From an uncultured bacterium (GTDB taxonomy: Bacteria; UBA8481): a DNA stretch of 64,000 bases. A program made the translations under genes and the position numbers. Below, piece after piece: positions 20,146 to 30,000 of the stretch (the first letter of the stretch is position 1; every line of letters starts with the position of its first letter). The notes below the pieces were generated by a model. The model saw only the letters and a list, made by a program, of their open reading frames with translations, did no database searches and had not been told where the DNA came from. Location: NCBI GenBank assembly GCA_964499705.1, contig CAZCME010000019.1, positions 1 through 64,000 of the forward strand. The letters are read 5' to 3'.

Positions 20146-20666
20146 CAGTAGTCCGAGGCCAGCCCGATATAACCTCCATCGTTGGCCATGATCACGTCGT
20201 CCTGCGATACCGCCGCGATCAGGAACTGAAGCCAGTCTCCATCGGCGCCTTCGGAGAAGAGATCGTATTTGCTGTTGATGGGAGCGAGGGAGCCGTTTCG
20301 CCGCCGCGCCAGGGAGGTATTGAGGCCGTTGGAGACTCCCGCCGGCAGGATGGGAAGGGGAACGAGCGGCATGGCGATTGTGCTGTTGAAGCTGTTGAAG
20401 ATGTAGTCGTTTCCCCACGGATCCTTTGGCACGGACCCCTTGTGAAACGTGCTCCAATCGATCGGCACTCCTCCTACGTGAGTCGTTCGAAAGACTTCGA
20501 TCTCCTCGTGGAACGCCCGGATTTCCGCGACGGCCCTGGCGACGCGCGATGTCTCGAGCGCGTAGAGGATCCGGGGAATGGAGAGAACGGCGAGGATGCC
20601 GATGATCGCGACGGCGATGAGCATTTCCACGAGCGTGAAACCGCGCCGTGAAATTCGATTGTGCAT
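20145..20666 (-). CDS. Prepilin-type N-terminal cleavage/methylation protein (GspG-like pseudopilin)
   Basis: RRGFTLVEMLIAVAIIGIL class III signal, KDPWGNDY and YDLFSEGADG motifs. Confidence 0.88.
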   Translation of the reverse strand: MHNRISRRGFTLVEMLIAVAIIGILAVLSIPRILYALETSRVARAVAEIRAFHEEIEVFRTTHVGGVPIDWSTFHKGSVPKDPWGNDYIFNSFNSTIAMPLVPLPILPAGVSNGLNTSLARRRNGSLAPINSKYDLFSEGADGDWLQFLIAAVSQDDVIMANDGGYIGLASDY

Positions 20667-20949
20667 TTTGTTCCCCCCCGCAACATCACGACACGAATAT
20701 CGAATTCCGGATAGGAGTCGAAAATCCACGAGGACTCTACGTTCCCCAGGGGCATGGACTCAGCCGGATCGAAGCTTCGTATTGACATTAATTTATTCAC
20801 TCGGCTCATCTCATTTCAACGGGGGCCGGAAATTAATACGGTAATAAATTCCACTTGTTAGAAAATCCGATCGGAACTGCAACGGAGTCGCAATGTTTCG
20901 GGCGCGGGAAAATCATTCTCGACCCGTTTCTGTTCATTGATGAGAAAAG

Positions 20950-20983
20950 TGTCTAATCCTAGACACCTGTCTAGGATTAGACA
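20950..20983. promoter_or_regulatory. Nested palindrome: two tandem TGTCTA-N4-TAGACA sites, candidate operator between the divergent pilin gene and recA
   Basis: TGTCTAATCCTAGACA-CC-TGTCTAGGATTAGACA; the two 16-mers are exact reverse complements of each other. Confidence 0.55.
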
Positions 20984-21128
20984 TTTTATTTTCCGTGTAT
21001 TCGTTGATATTGCGTGAGATAACGTGCGGCACGACTTCTGCTCTTATGTAGATGATACCAAATACGATCTCGCGGGCCGGAGCGCAGGAGTTCGGCACAG
21101 AGCGGGAATTCGGAAGGAGAAGAGGAAC

Positions 21129-22256
<1,128 letters not shown>

Positions 22257-22357
22257 TATAGGGTCAGGCTGTCCAGGGCGACAAGCCTGGGGAGGTCATT
22301 CGCGAGTCTGCAGGCACCCCTTCGGGGGAGTGCTATTCCGTCTGGTTTGGAAGTGGT

Positions 22358-22443
22358 GTGGACGTGGCGGAAATGGCAGACGCGAGTGGCAGTCAACCAC
22401 TCGGGGAGAAATCTCCGTGAGGGTTCGAATCCCTTCGTCCGCA
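22358..22443 (+). tRNA. Atypical tRNA-like gene: Leu-type body with a long variable arm but anticodon GTC (Asp) and A at position 33
   Basis: Acceptor GTGGACG/CGTCCGC, D arm GCG-GAAATGGCAGA-CGC, anticodon arm AGTGG-CAGTCAA-CCACT, variable arm GGGGA-GAAA-TCTCC, T arm GAGGG-TTCGAAT-CCCTT. Confidence 0.85.
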
Positions 22444-22466
22444 CCCAACAATTAAACTTGCAGACC

Positions 22467-22580
22467 TTGAAAATCCTGCAAGAAAATCATATATTGATAT
22501 TAATGATTGGCTGTCAATCGCGTGATGCGGTTCGTCACGTTCGAGAAAGCCCTCGAGGGACATTCCTTCGAGGGCTTTTT
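22467..22580 (+). ncRNA. Repeat unit 1: sigma70-like promoter plus an ~80-nt hairpin RNA or micropeptide gene with a terminator
   Basis: TTGAAA-N17-TATATT, then hairpins and the terminator AAAGCCCTCGAGGGA-CAT-TCCTTCGAGGGCTTTTT. Confidence 0.55.
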
Positions 22581-22602
22581 ATTGCAAATCGCGATTGACC
22601 AC

Positions 22603-22715
22603 TTGAAAATGACGCGACGAACATGTAAGTTGTTAATGGTTGACTGCCATTCGCGTGATGCAGTTCGTCACGTTTGAGAAAGCCCTCGAAGGATACTCCT
22701 TCGGGGGCTTTTTTT
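22603..22715 (+). ncRNA. Repeat unit 2: homologous promoter plus hairpin RNA or micropeptide gene with a terminator
   Basis: TTGAAA-N17-TAAGTT, a diverged copy of unit 1, terminator AAAGCCCTCGAAGGA-TAC-TCCTTCGGGGGCTTTTTTT. Confidence 0.55.
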
Positions 22716-22754
22716 CGCGGCCTCCAACTCCATGGATTGATTTTCGAAGACAAC

Positions 22755-23888
22755 TCAAACCACGACGAGTGATCGCTCCATTCGGTTGAAGATATCCACG
22801 CCGTCATCGCGCAATACGCCCGCGTCCTCGATCCTGACGCCGCCCCAGCCGGGTATGTAGACGCCGGGCTCGATCGTGAAGACCATCCCCGGAAGAAGTT
22901 TCTCCTCGGAGAGGGGAGCCAGGCGGGGATCCTCGTGGATCTCCACGCCGATGCCGTGGCCCAGTCCGTGGCCGAAGTATTTTCCGAGCTCCCGGCTATC
23001 CAGGACGCCAAGCGCGATCATGTGCGCTTCCTGGCCTGAGATGCCCGGGCGAATTCCTTTGGCTGCTGTTCTGTTGGCCAGATGCACTGCCTCGTGAATT
23101 TCCCTTTGCCGGTCGTCGGCAGATTGGACCGCCACCGTTCGCGTCATGTCGGCGACATAACCGTCGAGATCGAGACCGATATCGACGACGACAAGCTCGC
23201 CTTTTTCGATGACCTTCTTTGATGCGATGCCATGGGGGAGAGCTCCGCGAGACCCGGAGGCGACGATCGGTTCGAAGGGCAGCGGTCGTCCGGTGGCGCG
23301 CCTGGCGAGCAGTTCGAAATGGAGCGCGGCATCGAGTTCGGTGATGCCCGGGCGGATGAATTCGAGCGTGCGGCCCATCAGATCCTCCAGCAGCGCGGCC
23401 GCGGCGCGGAGACGGTCGATTTCGCTCTCGTCCTTCACGATACGGATCGACTCCACAAGGCCTGATCGGGGTATCCATTCGATGGGTGTGCCATCGCTTC
23501 CGCCGGACCGGAATTTGTCCATCGCCGTCAGGGTCATGTGATTGGCTTCGACGGCGCACCGCCGGCCCCCCAGGAGGAAGGCGGCGAGCTGTTTTTCCAG
23601 GGGGCCCTCGCGCTTCGTGATCTTGCAGCGGCATTGCTGCGCGGCCTGTTCCACGTAGCGAAAGTCGACGACGAGGTGCTCGGTTTCCGGACCGAGGAAG
23701 AAGAATCCGGCGGATCCCGTGAAGCCGGTCAGGTAGCGGATGTTGGGAAGGTGAGAGACGACCGCGGAATCGCAGTTGCTCGCGGTGAGCGAGGCGCGCA
23801 GTTTCGCTATGCGACTTCCGTAGATCGAGTCCGAGGGCGAAAGCTGTTCGCCGGATGTCGCGACGGAAGACGCGAGGGGATTTGTCAT
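22755..23888 (-). CDS. Xaa-Pro aminopeptidase (M24 family)
   Basis: NIRYLTGFTGS, DMTRT, HGLGHGIGVEIHE, TIEPGVY and GVRIED motifs. Start ATG 23888 overlaps the prepilin peptidase stop. Confidence 0.93.
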   Translation of the reverse strand: MTNPLASSVATSGEQLSPSDSIYGSRIAKLRASLTASNCDSAVVSHLPNIRYLTGFTGSAGFFFLGPETEHLVVDFRYVEQAAQQCRCKITKREGPLEKQLAAFLLGGRRCAVEANHMTLTAMDKFRSGGSDGTPIEWIPRSGLVESIRIVKDESEIDRLRAAAALLEDLMGRTLEFIRPGITELDAALHFELLARRATGRPLPFEPIVASGSRGALPHGIASKKVIEKGELVVVDIGLDLDGYVADMTRTVAVQSADDRQREIHEAVHLANRTAAKGIRPGISGQEAHMIALGVLDSRELGKYFGHGLGHGIGVEIHEDPRLAPLSEEKLLPGMVFTIEPGVYIPGWGGVRIEDAGVLRDDGVDIFNRMERSLVVV

Positions 23889-24793
23889 GGGAGGCGGAAC
23901 AGGGCCAATGCCGCGCCGATGGCCAGGAACGGCCCGAAGGGAATGTAGGAACGACGGCCGACCCTGCGGATGAGGAGCAAGGCGATGGACAGGACTCCGC
24001 CGATTATGGACCCAAGGAAGAGAGTCTTCAAAGCGCCAGCCGGTCCCAGCCATGCTCCGACGAACATCAGCAGCTTGACGTCGCCAAGCCCCATGGCTTC
24101 CTGGCCGTAGATCATCTGCCCGATCCAGCGTATCACCAGCACAAATCCGCCGCCAACGGCTGCGCCCAGCATCGACAGGACCGGCAGGGGTAGAATCAAA
24201 GAATCGACGCCCGCAAAAAACGCGATCGTCTGCAGGAAGACATCGCTGGCCGACGGCAGGATCCAGGGGGCGAGGATGATCCCGGAGATTGTCAGCGGAA
24301 TCGTGATCTCGTTCGGGATGATCCGGTGATCGATATCGATCCAGAAAACGACGACGAGAGCCCAGAGGAAAAGGGATGAGGCGACGATATGCGAATTGTG
24401 GAATGCCGCATAGCTGAGGGCGAAAGCCATGCCGCAGAGGAGTTCCGTCAGGGGATATCGGATGGAAATCGGCCCGCGGCATCGACGGCATTTGCCCATC
24501 AGAAGGAACCAGGAGAGAAGGGGGATATTATCGAACCATAGAATGGTCTTCTGGCAGTGAGGGCAGAACGACCGGCCGCTTCGGACACTTTCTTCGCGCG
24601 GCCAGCGGAATATGCAGGCGTTCCCGAATGATCCCAGGACAAGTCCGGTAAGGAACGCGAAGAGGAACCAGGGATCCGCCAGCCAGGGGTGGAGGCCATT
24701 TGAAATGAGGGAGGCAAGAGGACTTGGTTCGTGGAAATTGGAAAAGGGCTGATCGATGCCACGCAGCTGAATGTCGGAAAACTTCGATGACAT
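23885..24793 (-). CDS. pilD: Prepilin peptidase (A24, PilD-like); start uncertain
   Basis: GSFGNACIFRWP, CPHC...DNIPLLSW...CRRC, IDIDHRIIP, MGLGDVKL and IPFGPFL motifs. Confidence 0.9.
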   Translation of the reverse strand: MSSKFSDIQLRGIDQPFSNFHEPSPLASLISNGLHPWLADPWFLFAFLTGLVLGSFGNACIFRWPREESVRSGRSFCPHCQKTILWFDNIPLLSWFLLMGKCRRCRGPISIRYPLTELLCGMAFALSYAAFHNSHIVASSLFLWALVVVFWIDIDHRIIPNEITIPLTISGIILAPWILPSASDVFLQTIAFFAGVDSLILPLPVLSMLGAAVGGGFVLVIRWIGQMIYGQEAMGLGDVKLLMFVGAWLGPAGALKTLFLGSIIGGVLSIALLLIRRVGRRSYIPFGPFLAIGAALALFRLP

Positions 24794-24845
24794 TGTTCCC
24801 AGGCGGGCCAAGGCGTCCATCCCGGGAAGCAGCGTTTCTACCGAT

Positions 24846-25283
24846 TCAGTTCCGGCGATCGGAAGAAGCCAGGTTGGTCGGCGGCGGCGTGGAAGCAGCC
24901 GGGCCGGTCGCGGGCACATCGGTCACGACGGCGCTGGCATTGAAGGAGATCCTGGCGCTGTCCACGTCGGGATGAATGTCGAAGATGCGGGATGCTCCCA
25001 TGACATCGAAAACACGGCGAATATCCGGAGATAGTTCCACGATCTTGATGTCGCCGCTGTGCATGCGGACGCGACGCAGCCGACCGATGAGAATTCCGAG
25101 AGCGGTGGAGTTGATCTGGGCGACCTTCTGGAAGCGGATGATGAGGCGGACTTTGCCGTCCTGGACCAGGTCATTGATGACTTCGCGAATTTTAGTAACG
25201 AGGAAAGCGTCAATGCGACCTTCCACGTCTATGACAACGACCCCCCCTTCGTCATGTGCGTCTACGCGAAACTCAGTCATCAT
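24846..25283 (-). CDS. STAS-domain anti-sigma factor antagonist
   Basis: VEGRIDA, VAQINSTALGILI and VFDVMG..IFDI motifs. Confidence 0.85.
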   Translation of the reverse strand: MMTEFRVDAHDEGGVVVIDVEGRIDAFLVTKIREVINDLVQDGKVRLIIRFQKVAQINSTALGILIGRLRRVRMHSGDIKIVELSPDIRRVFDVMGASRIFDIHPDVDSARISFNASAVVTDVPATGPAASTPPPTNLASSDRRN

Positions 25284-25418
25284 AACCCACAAGCATAAGA
25301 GTCGGCGGTATCCAGAAATACCCGCAGACGAGAATGGTATGGGAATCCCTTGAACTGTCAAAGGAATCCTTGGTATTTCTATGAATAAACCGCCCTTTCA
25401 CTCTTCTTCCGGGGGAAC

Positions 25419-26627
25419 TCATGTGGCCGTCGCCGCCTTTTTCTCCCTGGCCGCCTGCAGCAGTGCGATGATGTGGTCTCCATACTTCGCGATCCGGTTC
25501 CGGCCGATCCAGGGGATGGTTTCGAAATCGCTCAGGGTGCGGGGAGGGCTGAATACCAGGGCCTCCATGACATGGTTGGGAAGCACCGCCATGGTGGAGA
25601 TTTTACGTCGAGCCGCTTCCTCCTTCCGCCACGCCTTCAGCGCTTCTTCCAGTTGATCCCGCACATTTCGATCCGGCGCTTCCCTGCGATGGGTGCGGTG
25701 GTTGTGCTTTCGGACGCGAACGGGCCGTCGCGCATTACGAGTCTCCTCGAAGGCCTCGATGATTTCCGGAAGGTAGGTCTTCATGAATTTCCGCCGCAGG
25801 AATTCTATCCGCGTCAATTCCGCGCGGGTTCGGGATGCCGCCATCAAGGTCAGGAGCGAATCGGGGATCATCTTGAAGGGAGGGCGGTTTTCGATGGAGG
25901 AGATGTGATCGCGGATGCGATACAGCTTCTGGAGAAAGGCGACACCTTCGTCGGAAAGCTCGTCCACTCCGGACATTCGCCAATATCCGTCGCCATCGAA
26001 AGTCGGCTGCGTGGCGGCGGTCGCTTCGAGCCGTCTCGATTCCAGCTCGGCTTCCTCCGCCAGTCCCGCGACATCCAGCTCCGCGCGGATCTTCTCGCAG
26101 AGGCGAAGGAGAAACGAAACATCGTGCCGCAGATACTCGCAGGCGACATCAGAGAGCGGACGAATCGCCCAGTCCGCTTTCTGCAGCTTCTTGGAGAGAA
26201 GGACTCCGAAGTGTTTCTCCACGAGGCTCGAAAGACCCGTCTTGGGATAGTCCAGCAGTTGAGCCGCGATGTAGGTGTCGAAGAGGTTATGGATGCCCCT
26301 GCCGTAATCCTCCTTGAGGCTCGCGATGTCGTGGCTGGCGCCATGGAGAATCTTGAGGATGGAGGGGTCGGATAAAATATCGAGGAGTGGATCAAGCTCG
26401 TGGGCCGCAGGGGAGGATAACGGAGTTTCCTGAGCGGCGGCGGCTCCCGCCGGATGGAACGCCAGCGTATCGATGAGCCATTCCCGCTCACCATCGGATA
26501 CCTGGATGATGCAGACGCGAGGTTTGTAGGCGTGCAGGCCGTTCGTTTCCGTATCCACGCCAAGCTGCTTCGCCCCGCGCATGAGCCGGCAGGCTTCCTG
26601 CAACTCATCGAGCGTATCGATGATCAT
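25419..26627 (-). CDS. rnd: Ribonuclease D-like 3'-5' exonuclease with HRDC domains
   Basis: GVDTE, LHGASHD, FDTYIAA, DWAIRPLS..Y..D; C-terminal LKAWRKEEA HRDC domain. Confidence 0.88.
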   Translation of the reverse strand: MIIDTLDELQEACRLMRGAKQLGVDTETNGLHAYKPRVCIIQVSDGEREWLIDTLAFHPAGAAAAQETPLSSPAAHELDPLLDILSDPSILKILHGASHDIASLKEDYGRGIHNLFDTYIAAQLLDYPKTGLSSLVEKHFGVLLSKKLQKADWAIRPLSDVACEYLRHDVSFLLRLCEKIRAELDVAGLAEEAELESRRLEATAATQPTFDGDGYWRMSGVDELSDEGVAFLQKLYRIRDHISSIENRPPFKMIPDSLLTLMAASRTRAELTRIEFLRRKFMKTYLPEIIEAFEETRNARRPVRVRKHNHRTHRREAPDRNVRDQLEEALKAWRKEEAARRKISTMAVLPNHVMEALVFSPPRTLSDFETIPWIGRNRIAKYGDHIIALLQAAREKKAATAT

Positions 26628-27037
26628 GCTGGATTCTCATCCTTGTAAATCGCCACGGAATTCGAAGTTTCGTGGAAGCGGACTTCCGCCACGGGAAGTC
26701 CTCTCGCTTTCATCATGTCGAACAGGTACTTGGCGAAAGTTTCGGCCGTGGGATTGTCGTCGAAGAGGAATACCGGCTCCCCTCGCTTTTGGAACTCCTC
26801 CACGAGCGGATCGTCTTTCCGGAAAAGCATCTTGTGGTCCCAATTTTCATCGATGAAAGTCTTGACGACGCTCATGATGTCGCCGAAATCGACCACCATG
26901 CCGCGATGATCGAGCCTGGGGGCGAAACAGACCACTTCGACAAGGCCGTTATGGCCGTGAGGAAATCGACATTTTCCGGAGTAATCCATAAGCCGATGGC
27001 CATAGGCGAACTCAATCTGTTTGACGACGTACCACAT
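26624..27037 (-). CDS. queD: 6-carboxytetrahydropterin synthase
   Basis: FAYGHRL..GKC..HGHN, GMVVDF, WDH, NPTAE and ET motifs. Confidence 0.88.
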   Translation of the reverse strand: MWYVVKQIEFAYGHRLMDYSGKCRFPHGHNGLVEVVCFAPRLDHRGMVVDFGDIMSVVKTFIDENWDHKMLFRKDDPLVEEFQKRGEPVFLFDDNPTAETFAKYLFDMMKARGLPVAEVRFHETSNSVAIYKDENPA

Positions 27038-27109
27038 ACGACTAATCTTAGACCCTGGCGGTTGCGAATCCAACAGCAAAGGAAGAGGATGAAGAATGAG
27101 GGATGCAGG

Positions 27110-28390
27110 ATGAATCGTTACCATTTCATCGGAGCGGGCGGGTCGGGGATGATGCCGCTGGCGCTCCTGATGACATGGATGTCTGCCCGGGAAAAATGCC
27201 TGATCTCCGGTTCCGACCGGGCTTTCGACCGGAATCCCGATGATCCCAGGCGGGCCGAGCTCATTCGTCACGGCGTCGTGATCCATCCTCAGCAGGGCGG
27301 ACATGCCTCCGGAGCGATCGCGGTCGTGTCGACGGCCATCGAGAGCTCGAATCCCGATCTCGCGGGCGTTTCCGGCATCCGGCATCGTTCGGAAATCCTC
27401 GAAAAGCTCGTGCGTGACCTGGCCGCATCGGGACGGCGGAATGTCCTCATCGCCGGTTCGAGCGGAAAGACGACGACGACCGCGATGACAGCCTGGATCT
27501 GCCATCGCGCCGGACTCGACCCGGTTGTGTATGTGGGCGGTTCCGTCCGCGAGTTGGCGCCTTACGGGGCGCGCCGGGGAAATGGACCCTTGATCGTGGA
27601 GGTGGATGAGTCGGACGGATCCATCGAGAGATTCACTCCGGATATCGCCGTCGTCACGAGCGCATCGGAAGATCACAAGCCGCTGCCGGAAATCGAGGAA
27701 CTCTTCAGGCGATTCGTGGCGAAATCGCGGAGCATGATCCTGTCGGAGCAGGCGTCCTATCTGGCGGCCGAAGAGGCGGGCCTCGCGGTCGCGGTGGCGC
27801 GGTGTTCTCCTTCAGACAAGCTGACAGGAATTCCTGGAGCCTTCAACCGGATCAACGAGGCGCTGGCCGTTGAAGCTGCCTGCGGTCTCGGTATCCCGCG
27901 AGAGACGGCGAGGAGGGCGCTCGAGGATTTTCCCGGAGTGGGCCGCCGGTTGGAAATTATTCTCACCAGGGACGAGCGCCGAGTCGTGGACGACTTCGCG
28001 CATAATCCCGAGAAGATCGCCGCGTCGCTGGCGGCTGTCAAGGAGTGGAAACATCCTGTCATGGCCGTTTATCAACCGCATGGATACGGGCCTCTTCGCA
28101 TGCAGAAGGACGCCCTGGGCGGGATCTTTTCCAGATCTCTTTCGCCCCAGGACTCCGTCGTGCTCCTTCCGATCTATGATGCCGGCGGAACGGCGGATCG
28201 AACCATTTCCTCGTCCGATTTAACCAATCTCATCAGCGGGCCGAGAGCTTTCACCGTCGGTTCCCGCGCGGAAGCGGTGGCGCTCGCCGCCGATTTTCTG
28301 CGCGGACCCGCCACTGTCATTGTCATGGGGGCCCGAGACCCGAGCCTCTCCGGACTGGCCCGGGATATCGGAGACGGCTGCCCGGATTGA
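27110..28390 (+). CDS. MurC/Mpl-like Mur ligase
   Basis: HFIGAGGSGM, GSD, GSSGKTTT, EVDESDGS, PGVGRR, DDFAHNP and QPH motifs. Confidence 0.88.
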   Translation: MNRYHFIGAGGSGMMPLALLMTWMSAREKCLISGSDRAFDRNPDDPRRAELIRHGVVIHPQQGGHASGAIAVVSTAIESSNPDLAGVSGIRHRSEILEKLVRDLAASGRRNVLIAGSSGKTTTTAMTAWICHRAGLDPVVYVGGSVRELAPYGARRGNGPLIVEVDESDGSIERFTPDIAVVTSASEDHKPLPEIEELFRRFVAKSRSMILSEQASYLAAEEAGLAVAVARCSPSDKLTGIPGAFNRINEALAVEAACGLGIPRETARRALEDFPGVGRRLEIILTRDERRVVDDFAHNPEKIAASLAAVKEWKHPVMAVYQPHGYGPLRMQKDALGGIFSRSLSPQDSVVLLPIYDAGGTADRTISSSDLTNLISGPRAFTVGSRAEAVALAADFLRGPATVIVMGARDPSLSGLARDIGDGCPD

Positions 28391-28454
28391 CTTCGGAGAT
28401 GTTACTGATTATTGTTAATGCATAGTTGCCCCACATAAAAAGGAGGATATTACC

Positions 28455-29069
28455 ATGGCACATGAACTTCCCAAGCTGCCCTACGATCCGGCCGCGTTGG
28501 AACCTCATATCGACTCGCAAACCATGAACATTCATCACGGAAAGCATCATCAGGCCTACGTGAACAATCTGAATGCGGCGCTGGAAGGCCAGGATCACCT
28601 TCAGAAGAAAACCATCGAGGATCTTGTCACGGACATCAATTCCGTGCCGGAACCGATCCGGAATGCGGTGCGCAATAACGGCGGCGGTCATTTGAACCAC
28701 TCGATGTTCTGGCAGATCATGGGCCCGAACGCGGGAGGGGAGCCGGGAGGCGAGCTGGGAGCGGAGATCGTGAAAACGTTCGGCAGTGTCGCGAAATTCA
28801 AGGAAGATTTCGGAAAAGCGGGAGTCGGCCGGTTCGGCAGCGGCTGGGCCTGGCTGATCGTCGACAAGGGCAGAAAGCTCGCCATCACCTCGACTCCCAA
28901 CCAGGATAATCCGCTCATGGAAGGGAACAAGCCCGTGATGGGATTGGATGTCTGGGAACATGCCTACTATCTGAAATATCAGAATCGCCGTCCCGATTAC
29001 ATTGCGGCGTGGTGGAACGTCGTGAACTGGAGCGAGGTTGCCCGCCGATACGCGATGTTCAAAGGCTGA
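28455..29069 (+). CDS. sodA: Superoxide dismutase, Mn-type signatures
   Basis: [21 protein letters not shown] and DVWEHAYY motifs; strong AGGAGG RBS. Confidence 0.95.
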   Translation: MAHELPKLPYDPAALEPHIDSQTMNIHHGKHHQAYVNNLNAALEGQDHLQKKTIEDLVTDINSVPEPIRNAVRNNGGGHLNHSMFWQIMGPNAGGEPGGELGAEIVKTFGSVAKFKEDFGKAGVGRFGSGWAWLIVDKGRKLAITSTPNQDNPLMEGNKPVMGLDVWEHAYYLKYQNRRPDYIAAWWNVVNWSEVARRYAMFKG

Positions 29070-29105
29070 TCTCTACGCTCGCGTACTGCACTCCGCTCGG
29101 ATCCA

Positions 29106-29136
29106 CAGCGCCCCCCGGTCAGGATGGGGGGCGCTG
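29106..29136 (+). terminator. GC-rich hairpin after sodA (no clear U tract)
   Basis: CAGCGCCCCCC ... GGGGGGCGCTG. Confidence 0.5.
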
Positions 29137-29139
29137 AAC

Positions 29140-29952
29140 GTGAACAAGTTATTGCTGCGTCTTCGAACCGCGATCTTCCCGCCCAAATACCCCGAGTACG
29201 GTGAATATCGTGATGAGGATGAAGATGCCGGGGATCATGTTGTCGATCTGCCGCGTTCCTCGGACGACATGGAGGTCAAGATCACGCGTCTGCGTCTTTC
29301 GGCGGGATTCGTCATCGTTCTGTCCATCGGCGTCGCGGTCTATCTCTATACCCAGGATAAGGAAGCGCGCCTGAAGGCCGGATTGAAGTCGCCCCTCGCG
29401 GCGGACATGCTCCAGGATGCCTTGCCGGAGGAACAACTCGCGCCGCGAAATTCGCTCGACGAAATCCAGCGGTGGGCTCAAGAGGTCGAAGCGGAAGCGC
29501 AGCAGACAGCGGGCGATCCTGGCGCGGCAGCCATCGACACCATGGGACGTTCGGCGGCCCTTGCCATTGACCCATCATCCAATGGTCCGGCGAAGCCGGG
29601 ATCTTTCGCGCCGATAGCTCCTTATGAGCCCAGCACGGCCTCCACGTCGAACTGGACTGTCCCGGAAGCGGCCAGCGGATCGGAGACGTCGTCCTCATCC
29701 GCGACTGCCCTCTCCTGGCCGCCGACTCCGACGCCGCCCTCAAGCTCTTCCAGCAATTCTTCATCGGCCGCTTCAGCCCCTTCGCCCCCCGCAACCGCCC
29801 CTTCATCATCCGCCGGAGCGGTAGCGACACCATCCAATAGCCCCGCCGCAGCGCCGCCTTCACCGGTGAAGTCTGATACTCCCGCGGGACGATATGCTCC
29901 GAAGAGATACGAACCGGTCACTCTGGAGCCGAGGAATGTGGAGCCTTATTAG
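29140..29952 (+). CDS. Single-TM protein with a Ser/Pro/Ala-rich low-complexity tail; start uncertain
   Basis: One TM (AGFVIVLSIGVAVYLY) followed by a disordered S/P/A-rich region. Confidence 0.6.
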   Translation: MNKLLLRLRTAIFPPKYPEYGEYRDEDEDAGDHVVDLPRSSDDMEVKITRLRLSAGFVIVLSIGVAVYLYTQDKEARLKAGLKSPLAADMLQDALPEEQLAPRNSLDEIQRWAQEVEAEAQQTAGDPGAAAIDTMGRSAALAIDPSSNGPAKPGSFAPIAPYEPSTASTSNWTVPEAASGSETSSSSATALSWPPTPTPPSSSSSNSSSAASAPSPPATAPSSSAGAVATPSNSPAAAPPSPVKSDTPAGRYAPKRYEPVTLEPRNVEPY

Positions 29953-30000
29953 GATTTAAGGTAACGACTCAGGCGGCCCGCCCCGCCATAGTGCGCCCTC

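Noticed and set aside
20146-20457. N-terminal extension of the GGDEF ORF (similarly for gatA, recA, the M24 peptidase, queD, the Mur ligase and both PorV ORFs)
   Set aside because: The extensions overlap neighbouring genes or lack homology-like sequence; downstream starts with an RBS or stop-start coupling fit better.
17112-20900. Possible island integrated at tRNA-Lys
   Set aside because: No integrase and no duplicated tRNA 3' end seen.
22356-22447. Selenocysteine tRNA or intron-containing tRNA-Leu
   Set aside because: TCA and CAA triplets occur in the loop but are off-centre. The D stem is 3 bp rather than Sec-like, there is no G73, and no intron sequence is present.
22467-22715. CRISPR array
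   Set aside because: Only two long diverged units, each with promoter and terminator features; no repeat-spacer periodicity and no cas genes in the window.
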